Positions 1-9,997 of a stretch of DNA of 64,000 bases are shown here, piece by piece. Below the pieces are notes generated by a model. It ran no database searches. It saw only the letters and a list, made by a program, of their open reading frames with translations, and was not told the origin of the DNA. This DNA is from Trueperaceae bacterium (GTDB taxonomy: Bacteria > Deinococcota > Deinococci > Deinococcales > Trueperaceae): the NCBI GenBank assembly GCA_040905465.1, contig JBBDRK010000043.1, positions 32,001 through 96,000 on the forward strand, in the 5' to 3' direction. A program made the translations under genes and the position numbers. The first letter of the stretch is position 1. Each line of letters starts with the position of its first letter.

Positions 1-142
1 CCGGATGTCGGTCGCGGAGACCCTCGACGGACTGCGGAAGCGGCTGGGAAGCGAGGAGTACGAGCGAGCGGAGGCAGCCGGCGCCGCGCTGGACCTGCCG
101 ACGGCGCTGGAACGGTTGCACCGGGAGGCGAGCGCCGCTTAG
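1..142 (+). CDS. 3' end of a gene entering the window; resembles the C-terminus of ATPase/TPR (AfsR/LuxR-type) regulators
   Basis: Frame from nt 2 reads RMSVAETLDGLRKRLGSEEYERAEAAGAALDLPTALERLHREASAA, TAG at 140-142. Confidence 0.45.
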   Translation, partial: RMSVAETLDGLRKRLGSEEYERAEAAGAALDLPTALERLHREASAA

Positions 143-471
143 CCGAGGAGCCCCATCGGAATCGTGCGGCTTTCCGACGGCTTGATCGACCGCCGGGAGG
201 CCGCATTCGACCTGAACGATGCTCTTCGACCTGGCCTCCGACCCTGAACAGCGCTCGCACGTCGACGATCCGCGGTACCGTCGTCGCGCCGCAGCAACCG
301 GCAATCGTCCAGCAGCTCCAGTGCCCTCCGGCGCCGATCGGCCGTCCCGGTTTCGTCAGCCAGGGCGCTCCAGCGTTCCTCCAGTGGACCGGGGTCGGCA
401 CCCTCCTCGCGGAGTTGCCTGAACTCGTGGACGATCAGCTCCTCCGGCGCCAGATCGCCGATGGTTATCAT
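139..471 (-). pseudogene. Truncated gene resembling the N-terminal region of ADP-ribosylglycohydrolase-family proteins
   Basis: ATG at 471 overlaps the melA stop (ATGA). Reads MITIGDLAPEELIVHEFRQLREEGADP...RW; plausible protein sequence ends near nt 272 and runs into Arg/Ser-rich off-frame-like sequence. Confidence 0.45.
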
Positions 472-1883
472 GCCCGCCCCCGCCACGACTCGCGGATATT
501 CTCCGGTATGAACTCCCCGTGCGCCGCGAGCAGCTCGTCGACCATGCTCCAGGTCTCATCCAGGGTCAGCTCGGCGCCGGTATGAGGGTCGAGCATTGCA
601 GCGTGGTAGATGTGCCGGTGGTCTCCGCTCAGGATCCCCTCGACGGTCAGCGACTGCACGTTTATGTTCGTCTGCATCAGCGCCGCCAACTGCTGCGGAA
701 GCCGCCCCACTCGAGTCGGCTGTACACCGTTGCCGTCGACCAGGCAGGGGACCTCCACGCAGCATTCGGCCGGCAGGTTATCGATGAGCCCTTGATTGGG
801 CACGTTGGCGTAGACGGTCCGCGGAGTGCCGGTCTCGATGCTGTGGATGATCCTGCTGCCGTACTCGCCGCTTTCGCGCACCTTGCTCAGCCCCTCGTAG
901 CTCGACACCAGGTGATCGATCTGACGCGGCATGACCTCGATCCCCTGGTCGCCCACCGCCTGCCGGAGCTCCTCGGGATGGTGCGCTCCGGGCCGGCGCA
1001 ACTCCTCTTCGATGAACGGCCACGACAGCTCATAGATCTGACAGCGGCCCGGATACTCGTCGAGCGGGATGTTGAAGCGTTCCAGCAGGTCCGGTCGGCC
1101 GCTCTTGATGAACCAGGGCAGGTACTCGCTCAGGTGTTCGCTCGACTCGGTTACGAAGTAGCCCAGTCGAGCGAACAGTTCGTAGCGCACTCGGTTCCAG
1201 TCCGGCACCCGTCCCTCGTCGATAACCGCACGAACGCGGGGATAGAGGTCCTCGCCGTCCCGCTCGAACTTCAGGAAGAACGCCATGTGGTTGATGCCCG
1301 CCACCAGGTAGCGGGTGTCGCCGACCGCCACCCCGACGTCGCGGCTGAGCTCTCTGGCGGTGCCCTGGACACTGTGGCAGAGTCCATAGGTCTTGATCGG
1401 GCTTGCCCTGCGCAACGCCCAGACGTTTATCGCCATCGGGTTGACATAGCTCAGGTGCACCACGTCGGGGCAGAGCCGTTCCATGTCGCGCTGCATCTCC
1501 AGCAGCACCGGAACGGTACGAACCGCCCGCATTATCCCGCCGATACCGAGGGTGTCTCCTATCGTCTGCCGCAGGCCGTACTTCTTCGGTATCTCGAAGT
1601 CGGTCACGGTGGCAGGCCGGTAACCGCCCACCTGGATCATGTTGATGGCATAGTCGGCGCCGTCGAGCGCCTTCTCGCGGTCGGTGGTCGTTTCGATCTT
1701 CGGCGTCACGCCCAGCAGCTCTGCTATTCGCCGTCCCACCGCCACGCTCAATTCCAGCCGTTTCGGGTCGATGTCGAACAGCGTGATCGTGCTGTCCGCC
1801 AGCTCCGGAAGGCTGAGGATGTCGCCGATGAGGTTCTTCGCGAACACCGTGCTGCCGGCCCCGATGAAGGTTATCTTCGCCAT
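468..1883 (-). CDS. melA: NAD-dependent alpha-galactosidase/alpha-glucosidase, GH4
   Basis: KITFIGAGSTVF, QTIGDTLGIGG, YVNPM, GLCHSVQGT, AGINHM, TESSEH motifs. Confidence 0.92.
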   Translation of the reverse strand: MAKITFIGAGSTVFAKNLIGDILSLPELADSTITLFDIDPKRLELSVAVGRRIAELLGVTPKIETTTDREKALDGADYAINMIQVGGYRPATVTDFEIPKKYGLRQTIGDTLGIGGIMRAVRTVPVLLEMQRDMERLCPDVVHLSYVNPMAINVWALRRASPIKTYGLCHSVQGTARELSRDVGVAVGDTRYLVAGINHMAFFLKFERDGEDLYPRVRAVIDEGRVPDWNRVRYELFARLGYFVTESSEHLSEYLPWFIKSGRPDLLERFNIPLDEYPGRCQIYELSWPFIEEELRRPGAHHPEELRQAVGDQGIEVMPRQIDHLVSSYEGLSKVRESGEYGSRIIHSIETGTPRTVYANVPNQGLIDNLPAECCVEVPCLVDGNGVQPTRVGRLPQQLAALMQTNINVQSLTVEGILSGDHRHIYHAAMLDPHTGAELTLDETWSMVDELLAAHGEFIPENIRESWRGRA

Positions 1884-1955
1884 GCCGTCCTTTCCTGCAG
1901 CTCCTTGTTCAGTGAGTGGACCGCGAGACATACTCCCGGGCAGGCTGTCTGCCGC

Positions 1956-2894
1956 TCAACCACCGGCTGCCTCGAGCACGTCGAAACAGAGCCGATGGGT
2001 CTCGAGCGCGTCCCGATAGGAACTGAACAGGAGCGTGTCGTCGTTGTGTCGAATCGCTTCCAGGAATGCCCGGTTCTCGCGCACGATCGGTTTCTCGCCC
2101 AGCCGCAGGAAGCGCCGCTCCCGGCCCCGTTCGAAGCTCACGCCCGCACGGTTGATCGTCACCAGTTGTCCTTCGCTCACGAGCTTCACGTACACCTCCT
2201 CGGCACCGTCGAGCAGGCAGGTTGCCGTGAACGCCCCGGTTGCGCCGCTGTCGAAGCGGATGAGGGCGGTGCTGGTGGTAGCCACGTCCAGCCCCGGATA
2301 AGCCGCCCTCTGGTGCCTGCCGGCGGTAGCCGTCACCACGGTGGCTTCCCCCAGGAGGTGCCGGGCTATGTCGAAGAGGTGGGTGGCCTGCTCGACCATC
2401 TGGCCGCCGCTCGTTTCCTGCCGCCGCCACCAACCTGGCGGCGGCGTACTGCCGTGCCAGGCGGCCAGCAGCAGTTGCGCCGGCCTTTCGGCGAGCGCCG
2501 CACGTACCTCCGGCATCGTGTCCATCGCTCGCCAGTGGTAGCCGACACCGGCGATCAGCCCTTGGGCCGCCAGCGCCCGGCCAATCTCTTCCCCGGTCTC
2601 CCTGTCGGCGGACAGAGGCTTCTCGACGAAGAAGGGGACGCGATGCTCGATCAGGCAGCGCTCGATCGCCCCGTGCGAACCGGGCGGGACCGTTATCCAG
2701 GCGGCCTCGACGCTTTCGTTGTCGAGCAGTTCCTGGCAGGTGGGGTATGCCCTGCCCCCCCACCGCCGTGCCGCAGCTTCCGTGCGCTCGGCCGTTCGCG
2801 ACACATGCCCGACGACCTCGACGCCAGGTTCGGCGGCGAGAGCCTCGAGGTGCGCCTGGGCGAAGCCGCCGCTGCCGATCATCGCAATCTTCAT
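1956..2894 (-). CDS. Gfo/Idh/MocA oxidoreductase
   Basis: MKIAMIGSGGFA Rossmann start, VEKP motif, GGQMVEQATH; GGAGG RBS upstream. Confidence 0.9.
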   Translation of the reverse strand: MKIAMIGSGGFAQAHLEALAAEPGVEVVGHVSRTAERTEAAARRWGGRAYPTCQELLDNESVEAAWITVPPGSHGAIERCLIEHRVPFFVEKPLSADRETGEEIGRALAAQGLIAGVGYHWRAMDTMPEVRAALAERPAQLLLAAWHGSTPPPGWWRRQETSGGQMVEQATHLFDIARHLLGEATVVTATAGRHQRAAYPGLDVATTSTALIRFDSGATGAFTATCLLDGAEEVYVKLVSEGQLVTINRAGVSFERGRERRFLRLGEKPIVRENRAFLEAIRHNDDTLLFSSYRDALETHRLCFDVLEAAGG

Positions 2895-2947
2895 GACTTC
2901 CCTCCGTAGGGCCGCATTTTTCGTGCTCGGGCGTGCCTCATCGTCCC

Positions 2948-3996
2948 CTAGGCGTCGCTGAAGTCCAGGACCACCTGGAGCGCGCCTGCCGGCTCCTGGT
3001 CGAGGATGCGGAAAGCTTCCGCCGCCTGCGAGTACGGATACTCGTGGGTGATCAGAGACTTCAGTTGCAGGGCTCCCTCCGCTTGCAGGCGGATTCCGGT
3101 GTGGATCAGCCGCAGTTGGTTCCAGCGGTAACTCAGCTCCGGATCCACCCCGAAAATTTGCGAGCACACGATGTTGACCCGGTTGTGGTGGAACTCCTCT
3201 CCGAGGAAGAGGCCCTCGGCGTTTCCCTGAAAGAACCCCAGCGCCACGACCCTGGCCGAGTAGGCCACCGAGCGAACCGCCTCGTTCAGCGCCCGGGTCG
3301 AGCCTGACGCCTCGATGGCTACATCCGCTCCGCGGCCCTCTGTGAGCTCGCGGATCGTCTCGGCCACCCCACCCTCGCTGGCGTCCACGATAACGTCGAC
3401 GGCGCCGCTGGCAACGGCCAGCTCGAGGCGCTCGACGATCAGGTCGACGCCTACTACACGGGCGCCGGAGCGCTTGGCGAGCTGCGCGGCGATCTGCCCC
3501 GGTACGCCCAAGCCGAAAATGGCAACGGTCTCGCCGACGCGGATTCGCGCGTCGTGCACACCGTTGAGCGAGATGGCACCGATCTGTGAAAATATGCCGA
3601 GAACCGACTCCAGAGCGGCGGGCAGGATCCTCTGCTTCGCGTACTCCTCGCTGACGACGTGGCGGCTGCGGTGGCCCCAGGCACCGTACACCCGGTCGCC
3701 GAGAGCGACGCCGCCTACGTCGGCGCCGAGTTCGATGACCTCCCCGACCTCTTCATAACCCCAGCCACGCACCGGATACTGCAGTTGCGGCGCATCGGAT
3801 TTCGTGAACAGCCGCCGCTCCGCGTCCCAGCGTTTGTGCAGGTATGGGTTGCTTCCCCGGTAGGCGGTGAGCTCGGTGCCCGCGCTGATCCCCGAGTAGA
3901 GGGTGCGGAGCGCACCTCTCCGGCCCCCAGCGGTTGTTCGGCCGCTTCCTCTATGACTACCGCACCTGGTTCTTCGAACACGACGATTTTGCTCAT
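2948..3996 (-). pseudogene. Zinc-binding alcohol dehydrogenase family gene with a 1-nt frameshift near 3911
   Basis: MSKIVVFEEPG...GEV continues in another frame as LRTLYSGISAGTE...GWGYEEVG...IFGLGVPG. Confidence 0.8.
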
Positions 3997-4165
3997 TACG
4001 CTCCGATTCGATTCACGTTTCGTTCTTACGGGAGGCTGTGCTAGCCCTTTACGGCTCCCGCGGTTATTCCCTGGATGAATTTACGCTGCGGCACTAGGTA
4101 GACGATTATTATCGGCAGCATCACAATACCGGTCGCGGCCATCGTCAACGCATAACATGGCCCGG

Positions 4166-5128
4166 ATGAGCACACTGCTGCTGGCCTTCAAACCTGACAG
4201 CCTGAGCGACGCTCAGGTCGACTCCGTCCGAGAAGCCGCGCCCGGAATGCGCGTTGTCGTCGCCAACGCCCAAGCCGATATCGAGGCCCTGCTCGACGGG
4301 ATCGAGGTGGCTGTCGGTGAGTTCCCGCGTGAGTTGCTTCCGAACGCACCACGCCTACGCTGGTTCCAGCAGTGGGGCGCCGGGGCGGATTGGTTGTTGC
4401 GGCATCCGGACGCGGTCGAGGCAGGCTTCGTACTCACCAGCGCCTCCGGAGTCCACGCAATTCCGATAAGCGAGCACATTCTGGCTGTCATGCTCGCGTT
4501 CGCGCGGGCGCTGCCGCAGGCCGTTCGCGATCAGGAAGGCGTGAACTGGAATCCCGCCGGCGAGTCGAACGTGTTCGAGCTTGCCGGCAAGACGATGCTG
4601 CTTGTCGGGGTGGGCGAGATCGGAGCGCGAACCGCCCGCCTGGCGGCTGCGTTGGACATGCGGGTCGTAGGCGTACGGCGCGACTCCTCGCAAGGGGTTG
4701 CCGGGGTGGCGCAGATGCAGGGAAGGGACGCTCTTCCCGCACTACTGCCCGAAGCGGACTTCGTAGTGCTCACGGTGCCGCTGACCCGGGCGACCCGCGG
4801 CATGATCGGCGAGGCGGAGTTGCGCGCCATGAAGGAGTCGGCGTATCTGATAAATATCGGCAGGGGCGGAACAGTGAGTGAGGCCGACCTGGTACGGGCG
4901 CTCAACGAAGGGTGGATCGCCGGGGCCGGGCTCGATGTCTTCGAGGATGAGCCGCTGCCCGAGGATTCGCCCCTGTGGGGCATGGACAACGTGCTCGTCA
5001 CCAGCCACTATTCCGGAACGACGCCCCACTACGACTCGCGCGCGCTCGAGATCTTTCTCGGCAATCTCCGACGCTACCTGGCCGGCGAGCCGCTGCGCAA
5101 TGTCGTCGACAAGAGCCGCGGGTATTGA
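4166..5128 (+). CDS. D-2-hydroxyacid dehydrogenase
   Basis: VGVGEIG, PLTRATRGMI, INIGRG, LDVFEDEPLP, TSHYSG; alternative start 4157. Confidence 0.92.
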   Translation: MSTLLLAFKPDSLSDAQVDSVREAAPGMRVVVANAQADIEALLDGIEVAVGEFPRELLPNAPRLRWFQQWGAGADWLLRHPDAVEAGFVLTSASGVHAIPISEHILAVMLAFARALPQAVRDQEGVNWNPAGESNVFELAGKTMLLVGVGEIGARTARLAAALDMRVVGVRRDSSQGVAGVAQMQGRDALPALLPEADFVVLTVPLTRATRGMIGEAELRAMKESAYLINIGRGGTVSEADLVRALNEGWIAGAGLDVFEDEPLPEDSPLWGMDNVLVTSHYSGTTPHYDSRALEIFLGNLRRYLAGEPLRNVVDKSRGY

Positions 5129-5153
5129 CGCCGGCGGCCGTCGACGATGCCCG

Positions 5154-6527
5154 TCACTCGGGCTTCAGGAACCACAGCACCTCGTTTCTTCCTGTCGGCG
5201 GTTGCGGTTCGCGGTTGAGCCGGACTTCCACCAGCGTGGTGGTGAACGGGTAGAAGAAGGAGATCCTCTCCAGCGACGACAGGTCGATCACGCCGCTCCA
5301 TTCGCCCTGAACCTCGCGCGACTCCTGATCGACGTACAGCTCGACGTCCTCGTCGGAGAAACCGTCGTAGGCCACCAGGGCGGTTCCGGAGGAGGCTACC
5401 AACCGGACGCCGAGCGTGTCGCCTTCAGCGAGGCCGAGCGAGTCGAGGTTGATGTGGAAGCAGCGGTAGCTGGCGTCGCCGCTGTACGGGCGCACGGCCA
5501 TCTCGTGGTCACGCAACTGCTCCCACTTGCGCTTGCCTTTGCGCTTCACGATGAAGTCGAGGTAGTAGTCGTTCACTCCGTCGTCGCGTTCGTCCACCAC
5601 CCGGACCACGAACTGCTGCCAGCGCGCGAGGTGCATCGCTCGGCCGAACACCGTGGTCGCGTGCGACGCGGCCCGTTGCAACCAGGCCCGGTATGACGCG
5701 GCGTCATCGACCGCCAGGGCGTCCATTACGAAGCGAACGAGGCGCTTCGGCGGATTGCTGAGGATGCTTCCGTGATCACGACCGGAAATCGGAATGACAG
5801 GGATGTCGACATTGCTCCAGGGGGCGGTCTGTACCCTCCGCGGGTCGACGTCGCCGGCGCGGTCGAGGGTCAGGTCGATAGTTATCTTGCGGGTATTGAG
5901 GGCGGCGCCGGCGAGTCGAACGGTGCCGTCCGTGCCCTCGTCACTTATCCACTTCAGCGGGGGAGGGTACTTGGCGGTCCCGCAGAAGATGAACGCGTAG
6001 GGTGTTTCGCTGCCGGGCCCGTAGAAGGCCCCTTCGCCGATGAGGTCACGGTGCGCCAGATCCCAGGTGAAGCGGCTGCCCAACTCGAGGCCGTCGAGCA
6101 CGAGGTCGCCGGCCTCCAGGAAGTCCGGGCCGAGCTCCCGGTTACCCCGGAAGATGGCGCCCAGCCAGCCGCGCCCCTTGTGCGCCAGGGGAGACCCGAA
6201 CGTAGCCGGAGCGAGCCCGATGAGGTGCTTGAGCCTGCTTCTGCGCCGGGCGTGGGAGGCGAGCCAGGCCCTCACCACCAGCATGCCGGTGGAGTGCACG
6301 ATAGCGTCGAACTCCTCGTTGCCGTCGAGGCCGGTCTGGATGCGCAGCGCCCGGTCGAGCGCTTCGGCGATGTCCTTGATGCTGACCTCGTTCGTCAGCG
6401 TCTTGTAGGTGCAGACGTGAAGCTGGTCGGGGCCGTAACCCTGTTCCGCCAGAACCTGCTTCCAGGAATCGAACGAGCTTCCGGACGCCGAGTAGCCGTG
6501 GATGAGTACGAGCGGTCTGGCCGGCAT
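5154..6527 (-). CDS. Alpha/beta hydrolase (esterase/lipase-like) with extra C-terminal domain
   Basis: LIHGYS, IVHSTG nucleophile elbow, PATFGSPLA, TDGTV, DHGSI; GAGGAG RBS. Confidence 0.8.
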   Translation of the reverse strand: MPARPLVLIHGYSASGSSFDSWKQVLAEQGYGPDQLHVCTYKTLTNEVSIKDIAEALDRALRIQTGLDGNEEFDAIVHSTGMLVVRAWLASHARRRSRLKHLIGLAPATFGSPLAHKGRGWLGAIFRGNRELGPDFLEAGDLVLDGLELGSRFTWDLAHRDLIGEGAFYGPGSETPYAFIFCGTAKYPPPLKWISDEGTDGTVRLAGAALNTRKITIDLTLDRAGDVDPRRVQTAPWSNVDIPVIPISGRDHGSILSNPPKRLVRFVMDALAVDDAASYRAWLQRAASHATTVFGRAMHLARWQQFVVRVVDERDDGVNDYYLDFIVKRKGKRKWEQLRDHEMAVRPYSGDASYRCFHINLDSLGLAEGDTLGVRLVASSGTALVAYDGFSDEDVELYVDQESREVQGEWSGVIDLSSLERISFFYPFTTTLVEVRLNREPQPPTGRNEVLWFLKPE

Positions 6528-6649
6528 GGGGGCTCCTCTCGTGTGGGGGCTGCCGCGACGAGACGTAGACTGGTACTGCCAAGTCTAATTGCCGGCTCCG
6601 CGCCCCATGCACAGGGACGCGCGCCAATGCCAAGCGTGCGACCTCCACA

Positions 6650-6663
6650 GTGCTAGCCTGACG
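6650..6663 (+). promoter_or_regulatory. Extended -10 promoter (TGcTAGCCT) 6 nt before ATG 6666, probably leaderless
   Basis: GTGCTAGCCTGACG; identical 14-mer at 9937-9950. Confidence 0.55.
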
Positions 6664-6665
6664 TG

Positions 6666-7751
6666 ATGAAACTCGACGTCCTGGAGTTCGAGGGCAGCCC
6701 TTACCAGCTCGGCTACAGCCACGGTAGGTGCTACGCCGACGCCATCTGGCACTTCGCGCGAGAGCGGGTGGAGCTGGCCGGCAGCGAAGCCTGGACCGGT
6801 CGGACGCTGGAGCGCTCCGCCGTGCTGGAGCTGGCCGAGAAGTGCCTGGACGCCCATGAGCGGTTCACGCCCAGCAGTATGGAAGAGCTCGAGGGAATGG
6901 CGGCCGCAACCGGTCTCAGCCTCCCCGAGCTGATCGTGGTCAACGGATTCACGGACTTCGTGGATACCGTGTACGCCGACGGTCGAAGTGCCGGTGCGAC
7001 GGCGGCGAGCCCGGACGACTGCACGGCCGCGTTGGTGCCTTCCGGGCGCGCCCAAGACAACCAGGCGCTTCTGGGCCAGACCTGGGACATGCACGCATCG
7101 GCAGCCGAGCACGTTCTGCTGATCAGGGGCCGGCCGGCAGGGGACCCCGAGTTCCTCACCTTCACCTCCGTGGGTTGCGTAGGCATGATCGGCATGAACG
7201 AAGCGGGCCTGGTGGTGGGCATCAACAACCTCATGGGCGGCGATGGTCAACCCGGCGTGATGTGGACGTTCGTGGTGCGCGAACTGCTGCGGCGCGAAAC
7301 CCTTGCCGAGGCGCTGGAGCTGCTCGACGCGGTTCCGCTTGCAGGGGCCCACAACTACCTGCTCCTCGACCGGCACGGCAACGGCGCCAATGTCGAGGCG
7401 ACGGGCAGCAGGCGCCATGTGACGCCCCTTGCCGACCGAACGATCCTCCACACCAACCACTGCCTTTTCCCGAACACCCAGGAAGTCGAGCGTGAGCGCG
7501 CCGACGCGTCGTTGACCGGTTCCCGGGCCAGGCTGCAGCGCGCCGCGGAGCTGCTTGCCGATGGTGAGGTCTCGCCCGAGCGGTTGCAGAGGCTCACGGC
7601 CGACGAGCCGCTCATCTGCACGAGTCCCAAGCCGCCGCTTCACGTTGCAACCTGCGGCGCGGCGGTCATGAGACCGGCCACCGGCGAGTTCTGGGCGGTC
7701 AAGGGGCCACCGGGGCGAGGTGAGTACCGGCGCTACACCGTTCCGGGCTGA
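6666..7751 (+). CDS. Peptidase C45 family Ntn hydrolase/acyltransferase
   Basis: DDCTA autoprocessing site, GQTWD, GMNEAGL, HTNH. Confidence 0.88.
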   Translation: MKLDVLEFEGSPYQLGYSHGRCYADAIWHFARERVELAGSEAWTGRTLERSAVLELAEKCLDAHERFTPSSMEELEGMAAATGLSLPELIVVNGFTDFVDTVYADGRSAGATAASPDDCTAALVPSGRAQDNQALLGQTWDMHASAAEHVLLIRGRPAGDPEFLTFTSVGCVGMIGMNEAGLVVGINNLMGGDGQPGVMWTFVVRELLRRETLAEALELLDAVPLAGAHNYLLLDRHGNGANVEATGSRRHVTPLADRTILHTNHCLFPNTQEVERERADASLTGSRARLQRAAELLADGEVSPERLQRLTADEPLICTSPKPPLHVATCGAAVMRPATGEFWAVKGPPGRGEYRRYTVPG

Positions 7752-7761
7752 ACTCGACAGG

Positions 7762-8541
7762 ATGATTCGCATCGTGCAGATCGAGCAGCGCTTCGCGGAG
7801 GACCTCGAGCGGCTTCAGCGCGACTGCTTCCCGAACCTTGCCGAACACGAGTTGATGACTCGCGAGAACTTCATCAGCCACTGCCGCATCTTCCCCGAAG
7901 GCGATTTCGTTGCCCTCGACGTCTCCGAACGAAGCCCGGTCGACGGGCAGACCGCCGACGGGCAGACCGCCGACGGGCAGACCGCCGACGGGCAGACCGC
8001 CGATGAGCAGCCCGCCGGCCATCCAGGCAACAGCGTGCCCACCAACGCCGGCGCCGCTGAGCGAGTGGTTGGGCTGGGATCAGGGTTCTTCACCGAGTTC
8101 GACTTCGACCACCCTGACCACACCTTCGAGGAAGTGATCGCCGGCGGCGACTACAGCAACCACGACCCGGACGGCGACTGGTACTACGGCGGCGACATCT
8201 CGGTGCACCCCGACTACCGCCGACGCGGCATCGGCCGAATGCTGTACGACGCCCGCAAGGATCTGGTACGGCGCTTCAACCGCCGCGGGATCGTAGCCGG
8301 CGGCGCGCTGCCCGGGTACGCCGAACAGCGTGATTCCCTCACGGTTCCCGATTACGTGCGAAAGGTCGTGGGCGGCGGGCTCAACGACCCGACGCTCAGC
8401 TTTCAGCTCAGGAACGGCTTCCGGGTCCGTGGCATGCTGCGCGATTACATCGAGGACAGCGTCACCGGGAACTGGGCGACCTTGATAGCGTGGGAGAACC
8501 CGGCCTATCGTGCGTCGCAAGGGGTCGGAGCGCGACGTTGA
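7762..8541 (+). CDS. GNAT acyltransferase (YkwB-like / nitrilase-associated type)
   Basis: ISVHPDYRRRGIGRMLY, DPTLSFQLRNGF, LIAWENP. Confidence 0.85.
   Translation: MIRIVQIEQRFAEDLERLQRDCFPNLAEHELMTRENFISHCRIFPEGDFVALDVSERSPVDGQTADGQTADGQTADGQTADEQPAGHPGNSVPTNAGAAERVVGLGSGFFTEFDFDHPDHTFEEVIAGGDYSNHDPDGDWYYGGDISVHPDYRRRGIGRMLYDARKDLVRRFNRRGIVAGGALPGYAEQRDSLTVPDYVRKVVGGGLNDPTLSFQLRNGFRVRGMLRDYIEDSVTGNWATLIAWENPAYRASQGVGARR
7942..8016 (+). repeat. In-frame 15-bp tandem repeat (4 perfect copies + 1 degenerate)
   Basis: (GACGGGCAGACCGCC)x4 then GATGAGCAGCCCGCC; encodes (DGQTA)4-DEQPA. Confidence 0.95.
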
Positions 8542-9923
8542 ATGAGGTGCCGAACGCCCTGGTCGTCGGCGCCGGCATGGCCGGCCTGGCGGCCGCCAGA
8601 CGGCTGGTCGACAGCGGAAAGAGCGTGGTGGTGCTGGAGGCTCGCGAGCGCCTCGGCGGGCGCTTGTGGACCGACCGGCACTTCGCCGAAGTACCGGTGG
8701 AGTTGGGGGCCGAGTTCATCCATGGCGACCGGGTAGCTACCTGGGAGTACGTGCGGGCGCTGGGACTGCGCACGCTTCACTGGAACAAACTCGGCGACTC
8801 GCAGGTGCGTACCGAAGGCGGCGAGTGGCTGAGCATGGCCGAGGCGCGTGCCGCCGACCGGGATCTGGAGCTCACCAGGACGTGGGAACTGCCGGACGTG
8901 CCGGCCGGCCGCTACGAGGATCTGGGGAGCTACCTGAAACGTATCGGCTTCAGCCGGCAGCAGTTGCGATACGTGGAGCGCTGGTTCGCCAACGCGCAGG
9001 GCGAGGACATGCGGTTCCTGTCGGCAGCGGCGACGCTGCGGGCGTTGCGTGGCTACGCAGGCAACGGCGAGGGTGATTACCGGGTAATAGGCGGCTACGA
9101 CGCCGTGCCCAAGCATCTGGCCCGGGGTCTGGACGTGCGTCTGAGCACTCCGGTCGCGCAGGTCCGCTGGGGCGCTGCAGGCGTTACCGCCGTGAGCGAA
9201 GCCGGCGAGAGTTTCGCGGCCGAGTCGCTGATAATCACCGTGCCGGTGGGCGTTTGGCAGGCCGACGCGATACGGTTCATCCCTGAGTTGCCGGAAGAAA
9301 AGTCGCGGGCACTGGCGGGCTTGCGAATGGGCCCGGTCATCAAGCTGGTCTATCGCTTCGCCGAGCTGGTCGTCGGACCGGAAACAATGGCCATCTACAG
9401 CCGCCACAACCCGCCCATGTGGTGGTCGCCGTCCTTTGGCCAGATCGGCAGGGGGCCCGACAAGCGCTCGGCACCGGGTAGCAGGCCGGGCGAGCGGGCC
9501 GCTACCCCCACGACCGGCCACGGAGGGCCCGGCCAGGTTTGGACTGCGTTCGTCTCGGGCTCTGCCGCGGCCTCCTTGTTGGCCTTGGGCGAGCACGGCG
9601 CCCTGGCTGCCGGTGTCGAAGCGCTGTCGCAGGAGCTCGGCCGCAGGCTGGAACCGTCGGACTCGCGACTGATCGACTGGCCGGGCGACCGGTTCTCGCT
9701 GGGTGGCTACAGCTACGTCCTGCCCGGCCACGATGGTGTACGCGGGCTGCTGGCGCGCCCGGTACCGCCGCTCTTCTTCGCCGGCGAAGCGAGCGCGTCC
9801 GAGCATCAGGCGGGCACCGTTCATGGGGCCATCGAGAGCGGCAGGCGCGCTGCCGGCGAAGTGTCGGCGTTCCTGGGCGAACCTTCGACCGGCGGCGGCC
9901 GGAGCGCTCGATCGGTCGACTGA
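8538..9923 (+). CDS. Flavin-dependent amine oxidase family protein
   Basis: VVGAGMAGLAAA, LEARERLGGR, ELGAEFIHG, FAGEA, GTVHGAIESG; TTG start overlaps the upstream TGA. Confidence 0.9.
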   Translation: MNEVPNALVVGAGMAGLAAARRLVDSGKSVVVLEARERLGGRLWTDRHFAEVPVELGAEFIHGDRVATWEYVRALGLRTLHWNKLGDSQVRTEGGEWLSMAEARAADRDLELTRTWELPDVPAGRYEDLGSYLKRIGFSRQQLRYVERWFANAQGEDMRFLSAAATLRALRGYAGNGEGDYRVIGGYDAVPKHLARGLDVRLSTPVAQVRWGAAGVTAVSEAGESFAAESLIITVPVGVWQADAIRFIPELPEEKSRALAGLRMGPVIKLVYRFAELVVGPETMAIYSRHNPPMWWSPSFGQIGRGPDKRSAPGSRPGERAATPTTGHGGPGQVWTAFVSGSAAASLLALGEHGALAAGVEALSQELGRRLEPSDSRLIDWPGDRFSLGGYSYVLPGHDGVRGLLARPVPPLFFAGEASASEHQAGTVHGAIESGRRAAGEVSAFLGEPSTGGGRSARSVD

Positions 9924-9936
9924 GCCGTCAGAGCTT

Positions 9937-9950
9937 GTGCTAGCCTGACG
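9937..9950 (+). promoter_or_regulatory. Extended -10-like element upstream of the aminotransferase
   Basis: GTGCTAGCCTGACG, identical to 6650-6663. Confidence 0.5.
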
Positions 9951-9997
9951 CCAACGGCGCAGATTGTCAGCCGCATAGGCCGGTAGCGAGGTAGCCG

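Noticed and set aside
519-2909. 796-aa plus-strand ORF
   Set aside because: Antisense shadow of melA and the Gfo/Idh/MocA gene, typical of high-GC DNA; no motifs
6666-7751. C45 gene as evidence of penicillin biosynthesis
   Set aside because: No NRPS or isopenicillin N synthase nearby; C45 is widespread
7942-8016. Tandem repeat as a CRISPR array
   Set aside because: 15-bp units with no spacers, in frame within a CDS, and no cas genes
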